Source of the DNA: a virus | Direction: 5' to 3' (one strand) | DNA: 64,000 bases | Virus record (IMG/VR): IMGVR_UViG_3300017917_004576 | Coordinates: 32,001-96,000 of that record | Shown: positions 19,301 to 24,729 of the stretch, one piece after another | Layout: each line of letters opens with the position of its first letter | Numbering within the stretch: the stretch's first letter is position 1 | The notes under the pieces: model-generated | Databases searched by the model: none | What the model was told of the DNA's origin: nothing | Seen by the model: the letters and a program-made list of their open reading frames with translations, nothing else | Made by a program: the position numbers and the translations under genes

Positions 19301-21155
19301 AGAAGAAACCAATACGAATAGGGCTTCAAGATCATTGGATGTTCTTAAAGGGACAGTTGGGGCAAAAGATGCTGCATATTCAACTATAGAGACTATACAA
19401 GCATTACAAGAAGGTAGAGGATTGGACGCTGCGATTGGTGGTTTATCTATGATTGAAAATATTAGTAATATTAGTCCATTAAAAATGGGACCTGTTGGTG
19501 ATATTGCTGGTATAGCGGGATCGGCGACAAACATTGCAAGGGGCATATATGAAGCTACTGGTGGAAATTTTGACAGACTACAGGAACAAGGACTTAGTGA
19601 TGCATTAAACATAGCACAAAACACATCCTCACTAGCTGGAACAACAGGATTATCAAAAAATTTAGGAATCGCTGGAGTTGTTTTACAAACTGGCAAAGAT
19701 GTTTATGAAGAGATTACTTCTACGCCAGATACTGTTGATGCTCAACAAAGAGGTATAGTAGAACGAGGTCTTTTAGCAGCTACCACAGGAAGCGGAGATG
19801 TTGGAGGATCAGATTTAGCAAAACTAGTAGGTTTTGAGCGGGATAGTTCTGCAGATATCATGGCTGCTTATTATGAGAATGTATTAAGTAAAACAGCACA
19901 AGGGGCAACGGTTGGTGGTGTTCCAGGAGCTATAGTTGGATTAAGCACAGCTACCGCTGGAGAGGTTTATAAAGCAGGATCTGGTCTTGCAAGAGATACA
20001 TCTGTCGCTAGAGAATCTCAGGCCAAAACAGATAGAATGTTAGAAGAAAGCAAAACCAAAGAATATGTAGTGGACGACCAGGGGCTTTTAACCCAAGTAG
20101 ATAAAAAATCAGATGATTGGAGTATGGGCATAGATATAAGCACAGAATCAGCTATTAAAGAAGTGGCTATACTTCAGGATAGAATACAAGAACTTGAATC
20201 TGCTCAAAATACGGGATCCTTAAGCTATGATAATCAGGATATAGCATCAGCAATATCGCTAGAACAAGAAAAACTAGGCTTAGCACAACAAAGATTACAG
20301 AATCTAGCCGTTCAACAAGTAGATCAAGAGAATTGGACATTCTCCGAGCTCGGTACAGATAGTCCAGAAGTTAAAGCTAGATTAGACGAATTTAATAGTA
20401 GATTAGCAGCAGCAATAGATCAACTTGGTTTAGACATAGTAAATAATTTGGATCAAGCCAAATTAGAACAACCTGTTACCAAAAACAAAGGAGGATTGAT
20501 TTATGCTAGTAATGGAACATTAGTTAATTTTAGACCAAAAGGAACAGATACCATACCAGCCATGTTAACTCCTGGTGAATTTGTTATAAATAGAAATTCA
20601 ACACAAAAATATAGACCAGTATTAGAAGCTATCAACAATGGTAATTACAATAGAGGCGGAATAGTTAATTATCTTAATAAGGGTGGATATATTCCAGAAT
20701 ATAAATTTATTGGTGGATTAATGGGATCTGCAGGATCTGCTATCCCATCCTTTGATTTTACTAAATATCTGAATAGTCTGGTTGGATCTATTAGTAGTAG
20801 TATAACAGAAGCTTTCGATAAAGCAGTATCTAGCCTAAAACAACCAAACAATGCTGCTGGTGGTGTATCTAATAACGGGGCCGATCTTACTAGTATTGAT
20901 AATTTTGTTAATAGATTAAATAATATTGCTAATATACTTAGTAATATTTATATACCACCACAAATTACTATAACAGGAAAACATGATGTTGTTGTCACAA
21001 TTAATGGAGATACAGTATTGAATCAATTGCGTCCGGATATAGCCGGAATAGTTATATCTGCTATTAGAGGGGCGTTTGCGGATCTTAAAGCAAAAAATCC
21101 AGAAAATAATACTATTGATTTTAATATAGATATAGATCCTAGAAGATTTACATAA
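4395..21155 (+). CDS. Giant tail tape-measure protein (5586 aa) with embedded enzyme-like cargo domains
   Basis: N-terminal TP901-like TMP core (FIEFDKELVRLQQVTG...LAQAGLSARE...ETIATGLRTIFTRIQ), Ala/Gly-rich hydrophobic segments, repeated TMP-type motifs GTDTVPAMLTPGEFVVN and FAxGG. Located after tube and chaperones. Confidence 0.85.
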   Translation: MAQAFNLTAQLNLRGPSNVRQIVSDVKKQLGTITGDIKFNIDPSAINNTTKLSKSLQQLSSDLSSVSSNATAAASAIKNFGQSINSISNSSNKLSSNINKTISSSGNLGTTVTKTAKNISVARTEMEEFGRQSALAIRRFAAFSAVTGVFFSLNRAINSGLKSFIEFDKELVRLQQVTGQSADGLKGLQDEITRLSTGLGVSSDSLIQVSSTLAQAGLSARETEQALKALALTELAPSFDDINQTVEGSIALMRQFGIAAKDLEKALGSVNSVAAAFAVESSDIIAAIQRTGGVFATASKGVSEGADALNEFIAVFTSVRATTRESAETIATGLRTIFTRIQRQGTIEALKEFGVTLTDAEGKFVGAYKAVQLLSEGLSSIDPRDIRFSQIVEELGGFRQIGKVIPLIQQFATAQDALRVAQAGQGSLAADAAKAQLSLANQIAKVREEFLTLIRSLGQSDTFQTLARGALTFASGLIKITDAVKGVLPSLAILAAGASFRGLSQFTSGFIGGLKKVPKGGPGAQQPQSVVGSIGRNIGSSLVGAKTEQVSRDLDQNSAALDKLSGKIDSLVSSMSSINGLTSGITALNTNLVSINSALASYNSALLNNTNALSSNSSSLENVYAALVNLDATLDRKDFGGGGPTTASGGGRILGFSKGGSVPGSGRGDKVPALLEPGEVVMSNRAVNKYGRGNLVNMNKRYFKGGIAREKLQTLVEKSNSIKKYINDTINPDDEALTKIVPFRVDLDDNDFREMKQIMIDTERQRLRYLETYRDDPTANKQVGQRARSSKDPRTVVGFLGLKKPESHWGPGNAFQQHLIKRLNISPSDMPPNLGTPQEQFKDIIDEHYAVLDYQDGDAKFWKDLSYFDTQPGKIDILNKQFKNVVNNNQLKPKPTPNYELFTLPDTRVYYPEIGTKEQFMRDYAAFTTADYAKTHLPAGAYSIGGKIQKFAGGGEALQSKLSTIRTLLGEFYGGDEQLISKSISNSMIIDEARADKIIANLESSRSQLPLFKKLFSEKSSSVGVLNGFPIARYGAIGGTETMRFDELKDEETIREFIKRGKLATQASRGPVGKRIVYGDQKAARRRFAVGGTVEGIAAKEKKSIETVILEQLSSFGDASGVKKILGLGAGEREISSILNASNIRAGKNIEKAIKFINRALAKTGKQDAAREAKEAAMRKVAIAGLFPLDYNKDFSDWKLEDGREIYGYVRGFQSSFLPQIEAMQEANRATRQKFAEDIQDTAALGGLGNRNIQGPIQPLAIDFDETLALGTKMLDENGEEDLPAYSDRKKVMESLAQARPTSLAKRLASIEQKNPGYVRMFSRILTARPQSTADIIASTLNRFGLPYLEQDVTGVSQGLGTNIAKAKAADVARAEKLIDDNEKNIRATMAAGKSTFRYGEVPELKGPAEEKFGQSNIEGGMLEAALSQLLGYNINVDALQRNRAIDFPNGLGRGAQLFGLPPNIETEVKRTLDGDSFSKAREEFSRYFKENPQAFAKGGTATFGSGAFKFPKRISNAYVREMEKLLEQEQMEKVFSTYPGNERMVVDEEAVKKGYESPFTRELFINSFKDKINRNTVFERMGQFARVIGLPPTDLLSAIPTQLDFGVNYPATALFSKDPSGPGTRGLQGVDLTPYGYTEQDKQDLFGYTKLIEEKKKQILKTIKTPVTTYEDGSFSYDTALAEKLRAELDDLQKQQRSLIDKNNAAIKAAKESRLQSANQSGRGSVGIATNPFNTSQRQDYSILYHELTHQLFNSLRTKNAQSFEAYKAKVSSLFSGNNDDVADAFDALVGNTGYNSADVAYGRSYKLSGLSSLMIGSAKESFAKYVNSDPEYIPELRKTWAATNSTTTAKAFKPLNPKVNDILLRGKISQDVIDKYEDNGKEEFLTTLIQKLPLLDENLSGVLDSTLDDLLGGAGISRQKFALGGLADSKDAMSGLMQGLYGNRNQQTDKKEKDFGKISITEDGDMLSVGYLKNDSRSGYVQAMKYKDNLWYVGLSKATKGYGPRLYDVAMEAVTEKGAMLTSDRSMVSADAQKVWAYYFKNRGDVKKTPLEPENWTKNQALIDPKLYGRRETWPPATDPAWILQSGYSKSPTLLNDPEQVKRNNNKAKKPIDSRSMALSYFQRADGGPISRFADGGSVPALVSNGEAYVPPKLAKRIGYGTLDRMNQADKNGMGRFSDGGISVFKGPGSGTSDSIPTNLPVGSFIIREKATKALGLNSGGIVGIRRFKDGDKVSYGRKDTTGIRMPMPDLGFLKTSAILLVDSFRTTEQMISNSYSAWQEIDKVAPILAKTLDRYYSTIDATLDDASLMVQSYRAVVVSLAKQGKTTAEVDAIMTHYIDALNKAIDTYQNPAPIESPKSTTTYTVTPPRPRRRNRSSLSPTPPPVPKSAEQKLAAVENEAIAQRIESKERIKSEYDPLYRAASSREDKQAIQDEARLKFQAVDATIQANKAAQQQIILQELLAQRAKEANQSTEEYISGLQQEIDTRSINIMEQDFSNVLGPDVPSTQEARQQALSETIRSRGLQAFDVTDLGQGTNIKDIISQISETKNKAQAAATANDYLALRARLAGQSLEEYSQSLSDQALNLAEQFKNNLPRALDSFQEQLFDAKQSLENISAREAKGEYANQEGQERKAIDISQLEESIGDTLENILGENFSGDDRNKILQDIMEKLKNADSTQAFNVQSLSDAIKQISTDEAIASRATATVAAQNKIQPNQITGATAEALKSRGETQQLFKEIDKISAKFSKFGLAIGAAGSVIAKFIDATESRSAAMAAAAISGGTSTASTLAVGVGQGLQTLKDLSDPKGLFGNTGIGKLAGSVLPGLKEVLTGPFGIIAGAGISLAAAFKDAYNAAREFDKQLNTKTVENSLSKVGTMFDQFGKDMSQKDLLGDISKELNTAISAAMKNINIDATVPKMFWVNMIDAAMGGSEAAQRSIVLEKQGVGAYFNTIMPGGNQQLESYMSDLAPQLASQQSASLKPAAENAFRLFEQQLRTGSSSDDIMDQLKTAGGGVSQFATAIARSNPIIEEQIIKTQARADISDTEKQKIVDSIIAREAEKQTILNTTATLRQIEFEKLNKGTDSFVNSLERIYSNMEMSINKASFDIQKLSASADLASEALSGNAKAGQINLEAINVLQNRRAYSPEQQNQAVDLAGSFFGSTSPAISSILNIGDKLESTILQTINRTRGAEPGATNERVLASIRSALDRQLTDLQIPDSLVPSISNQIRDALKDISTQGDLDTVNFNEIAEKVPALTKQIDAARRAQETAVRALEFYQSQLNEYANAMNSMVELQFNASKDFARASDIISSSSDELSKAFGREISLRDTLTQSLGKTRRQTGGATDPVDISRNITNLENSRKILQGASETAAAKGPAAQDEFKIMQDRLRNNNLALRQNFDALKNLADSSEIASAALNKIQEIQQRRQAGANLIEKLVTSSPEEINKLNSAIARLQNNMMGVANVGTTSEQRGESLQAFNMIAPLLGEGAKQNELRANVLESMLLESGQGVNPMFAQVLDSLRNPEGDPEMQEAISVYKEGVNLQASANSRLGEIKQLMLENTADAAAEKLKVAMQGVKFTFEETVLSDIRSEIINLKKLVEKRGPAAAGLANGGIVYASNGRMIDFQSKGTDTVPAMLTPGEFVVNRASTKRNLPLLQSINKNKGGKVNYLADGGIVPGFGWSNRKTETELRRNRTDTDLETQDRFMVFQDDKDPTSRNDNFKEYIIGPAVSYKQGPIPEEKITGGELKNLSVLQNSTRIHNDTPGFFLKTIKTFYSGSSDEYGRTALPIVLKSDSSISEEFRRGLKNITLFQKPEIISKQKRLVMPQIEKYKEYYSKLITKLDNNINFKDIIENTPKDTSDVSIKLNNSTPYNVETTIDNLSSISKDKKYLLDSNINDFVKDALYPLFTPGSTVPAGWTVNNKDYSNSKDLASKIKPEILPKDYDLIDIVKENLDRLKRIDINNPRFFQETQGSQNRKENVSLLKDFYDGKLFSIQLDDSVLDGEKAKGKSLPLTLYNINNEQDWLDKIRNYQDELDKIDPEMLSKTLPINPTNFIRLDDKINRSSKIFPWTGKDFNSITKIDSENFVKDSRGSFLKNQYFGPITTENQGDEKSGLMFPYKIVSKGTTYDESIRGFDRPLEKYMVISSDTKNETAPFANLTKSLYIPATNWDDFIIDLKSQIEANQKDPTTGYDFNYAFNPVNSDLNKYMSAPDIRQAQENHAIVPSTDGTLNVNDIFFRNQAYSDFLNKKEAEEAQSKAIDSAKKKFRVTLEDTEAFTNAKKVGVARALFDIGKKQLGLTSSKPTNLDGVRSVISELSQKATQLSKNFSKAAPNQRITNPQWLMNDAYRAFFVELYKGQYSGKDDDTPQFLKGLGLPIDDADFGPGANPIDVPGFRGKKESPYRDYNAAALGRAQTAIKNIINREIAMKSGTAFAGKLSDEDKQKLKISSSDARIYKEGSDTFYQPGEDIVPKSYQQVAEIGLNPRNVFPTETFRSDNYLNALQELYKTGTDQNGNLVFNYGDPSALTAAKSIDILKNWYTNYQDKYLNLGADFAESQVSLQDAATQADLNAYKESTAQPAHAFLTGNKYGVLPDSNRLLDQIQLEIKEPIKRARGGLIYASNGTLVNFQPKGTDTVPAMLTPGEFVVNRAATQKNLPLLQSINSGKYANGGVVYAQNGGSIRSQSFSSGDDDSETINAIYTVTKATLSGNNRLNQLIILTNDIIKNLQALIDTNSYLIPINSNVQDLTSYIKTIDFCCRDSVSSSEDRPKDVQDSAPEGSGEPPQIPRPVWLDELNNIPKPSWLPINMEPNYPEWLPIIIDRPIWLDELTNLNKTITIEPSFEIPIPLEKFGCCKDETGQSITPLPRYPEDPNQPITPLPTVKPPIFAESSYQPGEKQLSAKDFPYDIDVPKQIDIAPAMPSRNSRMDDVDERLGVNTPEQSRRYWAEEERAVDDRKRVREETNTNRASRSLDVLKGTVGAKDAAYSTIETIQALQEGRGLDAAIGGLSMIENISNISPLKMGPVGDIAGIAGSATNIARGIYEATGGNFDRLQEQGLSDALNIAQNTSSLAGTTGLSKNLGIAGVVLQTGKDVYEEITSTPDTVDAQQRGIVERGLLAATTGSGDVGGSDLAKLVGFERDSSADIMAAYYENVLSKTAQGATVGGVPGAIVGLSTATAGEVYKAGSGLARDTSVARESQAKTDRMLEESKTKEYVVDDQGLLTQVDKKSDDWSMGIDISTESAIKEVAILQDRIQELESAQNTGSLSYDNQDIASAISLEQEKLGLAQQRLQNLAVQQVDQENWTFSELGTDSPEVKARLDEFNSRLAAAIDQLGLDIVNNLDQAKLEQPVTKNKGGLIYASNGTLVNFRPKGTDTIPAMLTPGEFVINRNSTQKYRPVLEAINNGNYNRGGIVNYLNKGGYIPEYKFIGGLMGSAGSAIPSFDFTKYLNSLVGSISSSITEAFDKAVSSLKQPNNAAGGVSNNGADLTSIDNFVNRLNNIANILSNIYIPPQITITGKHDVVVTINGDTVLNQLRPDIAGIVISAIRGAFADLKAKNPENNTIDFNIDIDPRRFT
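15240..20720 (+). repeat. Three dispersed ~65-aa repeats in TMP (about 15240-15437, 18255-18458, 20480-20720)
   Basis: GG(I/L)(V/I)YASNG..(I/V)(D/N)F..KGTDT(V/I)PAMLTPGEFV(V/I)NR..T.....L..IN occurs three times, with mostly synonymous nucleotide differences. More divergent copies are at about 6351-6512 and 10770-11090. Confidence 0.9.
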
Positions 21156-21156
21156 T

Positions 21157-24100
21157 ATGAATAAAATAACTAAAATATTTAATAATATAGGTTTTTATTG
21201 CTCTATTAATCAAAATATTATTGTTCCCAATAAAGCCATAGCAGGCTATAAATTATTAGAACAAGATAGTATTGGATATTTTATACCATATTTAATTCGA
21301 AATATAAAAGATGGATATAAATGGGAAATTGGAGTTGGTGAAGTTCAGATTGTTGATAGTTTATTAACTATTAAAAAAGTCGAAATATCTAGCTCATCAA
21401 ATAATAATAAGTCAGTAGTATTTACTGGTAATGAAAATGAATTTTATCTCTTTGTAAATAATACTAATTTTAATACTAGTTTTAATAATGTTATTCTTAA
21501 AAATGATCACTTTACTATTGATAATGTAACAAGCATTTATTTGGTAGATAATAATGATAAAAATATTGATTGTGTATTGCCTCAATCTAAAAATGCTAGA
21601 AATCTAGTTATCGATATCAAGCCCATTTCGTCTGCCCATAATGTGATTATTAGAAATCATAACGGTTCAATTTTTGAGTCAACAAAAAATTCAATCAGGC
21701 TAGTTTGCGATGGACAAACTTGGTACATATTAAATGAGAATGATCACTATGATTATGCTTCGTTATCCAATCCAAGTTTTTCTGCTCAAAGCAATCCTGG
21801 CGGGGCAGCATATTCTTTTCAATATAATGATGGATCGAATGGACTACTAGGATCAGAAGCATATTGGAGTTCTGGCGATACTAATAAGTTACTATTAGGA
21901 TCTAGCTCAGAGTCTCTGGCTCATACTGTTATACCGACTTCTGGTTCGGCAGATACAATATTTAATCAAGATTATCAAGCTAGCGATTTTATAATATATG
22001 GTAGTGGACAACCATATAGAAATTTATTTTTCAGTTATGATGGTAGAGTTGGTATTAATATTCCATCTGGATCCAGACCTCAAACTATTTTTCATGTTGT
22101 AAATTATAGTTGTAGTGAAATATTAAGACTAGAAAATAGAACCAGTTGCCAACCAGCTAAACTAACTATTTATCACAAGCCGTCATCATCACTATCTGAC
22201 AACACAGTATGTTCGATATTAAATTTAGCTGGTAAAGATTCTAATAATATTCAAACAGACTATGCTCTTATTAGAGGCTTGGCATCTAGTCCAACAAACA
22301 GACACGGTGGCTTAGTATTAAGTATTGCTTCCGGAAATAATCAACAAAATATAGTTTCTGGAGATTTAAGTAATATTAATATAGGATATGATAATAGTAA
22401 ACAACTTAATATCAGCAATAATGGAAATGTCGCATTGTCTGGTTCGAATATCAGCGCGCTCGGATTATCTTCTGTCACGATAGGAACCAATAATGCAAAT
22501 ATAGTGTGTAATAATAATAGTATAACCACAAATTTCAATACATTATTTTTGGGATCAGGATCAATAACTTCAAATGGAATTTTATCAGCTAGTAATATAT
22601 CTGCAAGCACAATAACACTACCTAATATTGCTGCTAGTAGTATATTGGCATTATCTAATAATAAAACAATAGTACCAATAAATGGCATATCTGTAAATAG
22701 TGGAAATAATGGTTTAATTTTTAATAATATTTCTGGTAATAAATTTTTAACCACAGACAGCAACAATAATGTTGTTGGCGTTTATGATACAGACGACTAT
22801 TTCTTGACAGAAAAAGATATTGTGTGGAACAAATATCAACGCAGATCATGCACAATATGTTTAAAACAAGTAATTTTTGATGATAGTATTCCATCAGAAG
22901 AATTTAGTATTGGCGATCAAGTAGAAATTATTAATGGAAATAATACTATATATAGAACTATTACCGATATGGTAATGGATCAAAATAGTATCTCAGAATT
23001 AATTCTAAATCAAAATGTAACAAGTAATAGTGTCGATAGCTTATCAGTTTTTTCCATATCAAAGGGTGGCTATTTAACAATACAAAAGAGTACCACAGAT
23101 ATAGATTCCGACTCAACATCTATTAGGCTTAGTATTAGACCTAATTTTGAAACAATTTTTAATACAGCACAAAAAAATATTGATTTTAGTATATATGGTA
23201 CGGATACCATACCGGCTTTTAAAGTATATGCTAATGTTGGCTCAAAAACACAAATATCTGGAACATATTATAATTATGCTACTGAAAATAATACAATAGC
23301 ATCCATACCAGTTAATATTGGTGGTAGCGGAATAAATAATAACTTTAGTTCTGCTAATTTTAAATATAATAGTAGTAATAATGTTTTTAGTGGTATAGTA
23401 TCATCTGTTGGAACCAATGGTATTAGTAGTCATTATGGAACATATGACCAAAATGGAAACGTTGCAGAGTGGCTAGAGCCAGATCCTATTGATTCTAATA
23501 ATTCTATTCAATATGCTGCTGGTGGATCAACAGAAACACATGATGCAATATATCTAAAAAGTATTGAACCCGCAGTTATAACTAGTGGGTATAATCATAT
23601 AGGATTTAGAATCGCCAGCGTATCCAATATAACAGATAGTTCACCAATAGGATCTATTCTAAATTTTAGTTTTCAAACAATTAACGACGCATATAACATT
23701 GCGGACACAGATAGTCTATATCTTAGGTCATCTGAAGAATCGTATGACACAGAAAATATATTCAATTTAGGATATGTTGATAGAAACTATAGAATTAGTA
23801 CATACGAAACAACTAATGCTCAATATGCTAGATATCTTAATGCTGTTGCCACAGGAATAAATTATACTAGTAGTGGATTGTATGATACTAGGATGGATAC
23901 TGAAGATAGCGGCGGTATACTTAGAAATACTAATGGTTCTTCATATTCTTATACTACAAAATTGAACATGGCTAATAAGCCAGTAAATTTTATTAGTTAT
24001 ATTAATGCTATAAAATTTGTTAATTGGCTACATAACGGAACTCCTTCTGGTATAGATTTTGCTGATAAATTAATTGATGAAATTTTGGACGATGGTGCAT

Positions 24101-24717
24101 ATAGTTTACTAAGAGAAAATAATAGTTATTTAATAACACATAATAGTAATAAGAAGTATTTCTTACCCAATATTCATCAGTGGCATAAAGCAGCATATTT
24201 TCAACCAGTACCAGCCGTACTTGTTTCTGGCAAACCGGTTGTGACCATAAATACAGACACTCCATATATTGTTGCAACAGAAAAGATAACTACTACTCAA
24301 TCTCAAAATACTAACTCAACAGTTGTTCCCAAACAACTTTTGGCGGATCTAACAGTAAGTGGTTGGCTAGTTGTTGATAAACTTATAGTGAGAGACGGAA
24401 CAATTGCTTCTTCACTGAGCGATATTGGATTTGAGCCAGAAGTACCAACTGAAGAAACTATTAGTGGACAAACAATTGTAGATGGAGATCCACCACCACA
24501 ACAAAATGAAACAGGTGGATCTAACAGCAATGTGTATTGGTCAAACTCAACAGCTTCTGTTAGAAAAGATGGAGTATATGGTGAAACAGAGCCTCCCTAT
24601 CCACCAAATGGTAATGGAGAATCATTAGATTGTGAAGACCCACTACTTATAGAGACAAATAATATTCCGTACTGGTGTAGACCAAGCGGTATATTTATAG
24701 GTCCTTATTTTTATTAA
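21157..24717 (+). CDS. Tail fibre/receptor-binding-like protein carrying a circularly permuted FGE-sulfatase (CLec-fold) domain
   Basis: Fibre-like motifs (WEIGVG, SIRLVCDGQTWYIL, FQYNDG, DGRVGIN). FGE motifs YGTYDQNGNVAEW, IGFRIAS, YETTNAQYARYLNAV, KPVNFISYINAIKFVNWLHNG and FLPNIHQWHKAAY. Confidence 0.75.
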   Translation: MNKITKIFNNIGFYCSINQNIIVPNKAIAGYKLLEQDSIGYFIPYLIRNIKDGYKWEIGVGEVQIVDSLLTIKKVEISSSSNNNKSVVFTGNENEFYLFVNNTNFNTSFNNVILKNDHFTIDNVTSIYLVDNNDKNIDCVLPQSKNARNLVIDIKPISSAHNVIIRNHNGSIFESTKNSIRLVCDGQTWYILNENDHYDYASLSNPSFSAQSNPGGAAYSFQYNDGSNGLLGSEAYWSSGDTNKLLLGSSSESLAHTVIPTSGSADTIFNQDYQASDFIIYGSGQPYRNLFFSYDGRVGINIPSGSRPQTIFHVVNYSCSEILRLENRTSCQPAKLTIYHKPSSSLSDNTVCSILNLAGKDSNNIQTDYALIRGLASSPTNRHGGLVLSIASGNNQQNIVSGDLSNINIGYDNSKQLNISNNGNVALSGSNISALGLSSVTIGTNNANIVCNNNSITTNFNTLFLGSGSITSNGILSASNISASTITLPNIAASSILALSNNKTIVPINGISVNSGNNGLIFNNISGNKFLTTDSNNNVVGVYDTDDYFLTEKDIVWNKYQRRSCTICLKQVIFDDSIPSEEFSIGDQVEIINGNNTIYRTITDMVMDQNSISELILNQNVTSNSVDSLSVFSISKGGYLTIQKSTTDIDSDSTSIRLSIRPNFETIFNTAQKNIDFSIYGTDTIPAFKVYANVGSKTQISGTYYNYATENNTIASIPVNIGGSGINNNFSSANFKYNSSNNVFSGIVSSVGTNGISSHYGTYDQNGNVAEWLEPDPIDSNNSIQYAAGGSTETHDAIYLKSIEPAVITSGYNHIGFRIASVSNITDSSPIGSILNFSFQTINDAYNIADTDSLYLRSSEESYDTENIFNLGYVDRNYRISTYETTNAQYARYLNAVATGINYTSSGLYDTRMDTEDSGGILRNTNGSSYSYTTKLNMANKPVNFISYINAIKFVNWLHNGTPSGIDFADKLIDEILDDGAYSLLRENNSYLITHNSNKKYFLPNIHQWHKAAYFQPVPAVLVSGKPVVTINTDTPYIVATEKITTTQSQNTNSTVVPKQLLADLTVSGWLVVDKLIVRDGTIASSLSDIGFEPEVPTEETISGQTIVDGDPPPQQNETGGSNSNVYWSNSTASVRKDGVYGETEPPYPPNGNGESLDCEDPLLIETNNIPYWCRPSGIFIGPYFY

Positions 24718-24729
24718 TAGGAATTAAAT

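Noticed and set aside
15240-20720. TMP repeats as a DGR template/variable repeat pair or CRISPR array
   Set aside because: The copies are in-frame coding, kilobases apart, and differ mainly at synonymous positions rather than specifically at adenines. No reverse transcriptase or repeat-spacer periodicity is seen.
23520-23620. Active DGR targeting the CLec/FGE domain
   Set aside because: I see no second near-identical copy (template repeat) and no reverse transcriptase in this window. It cannot be excluded elsewhere in the genome.
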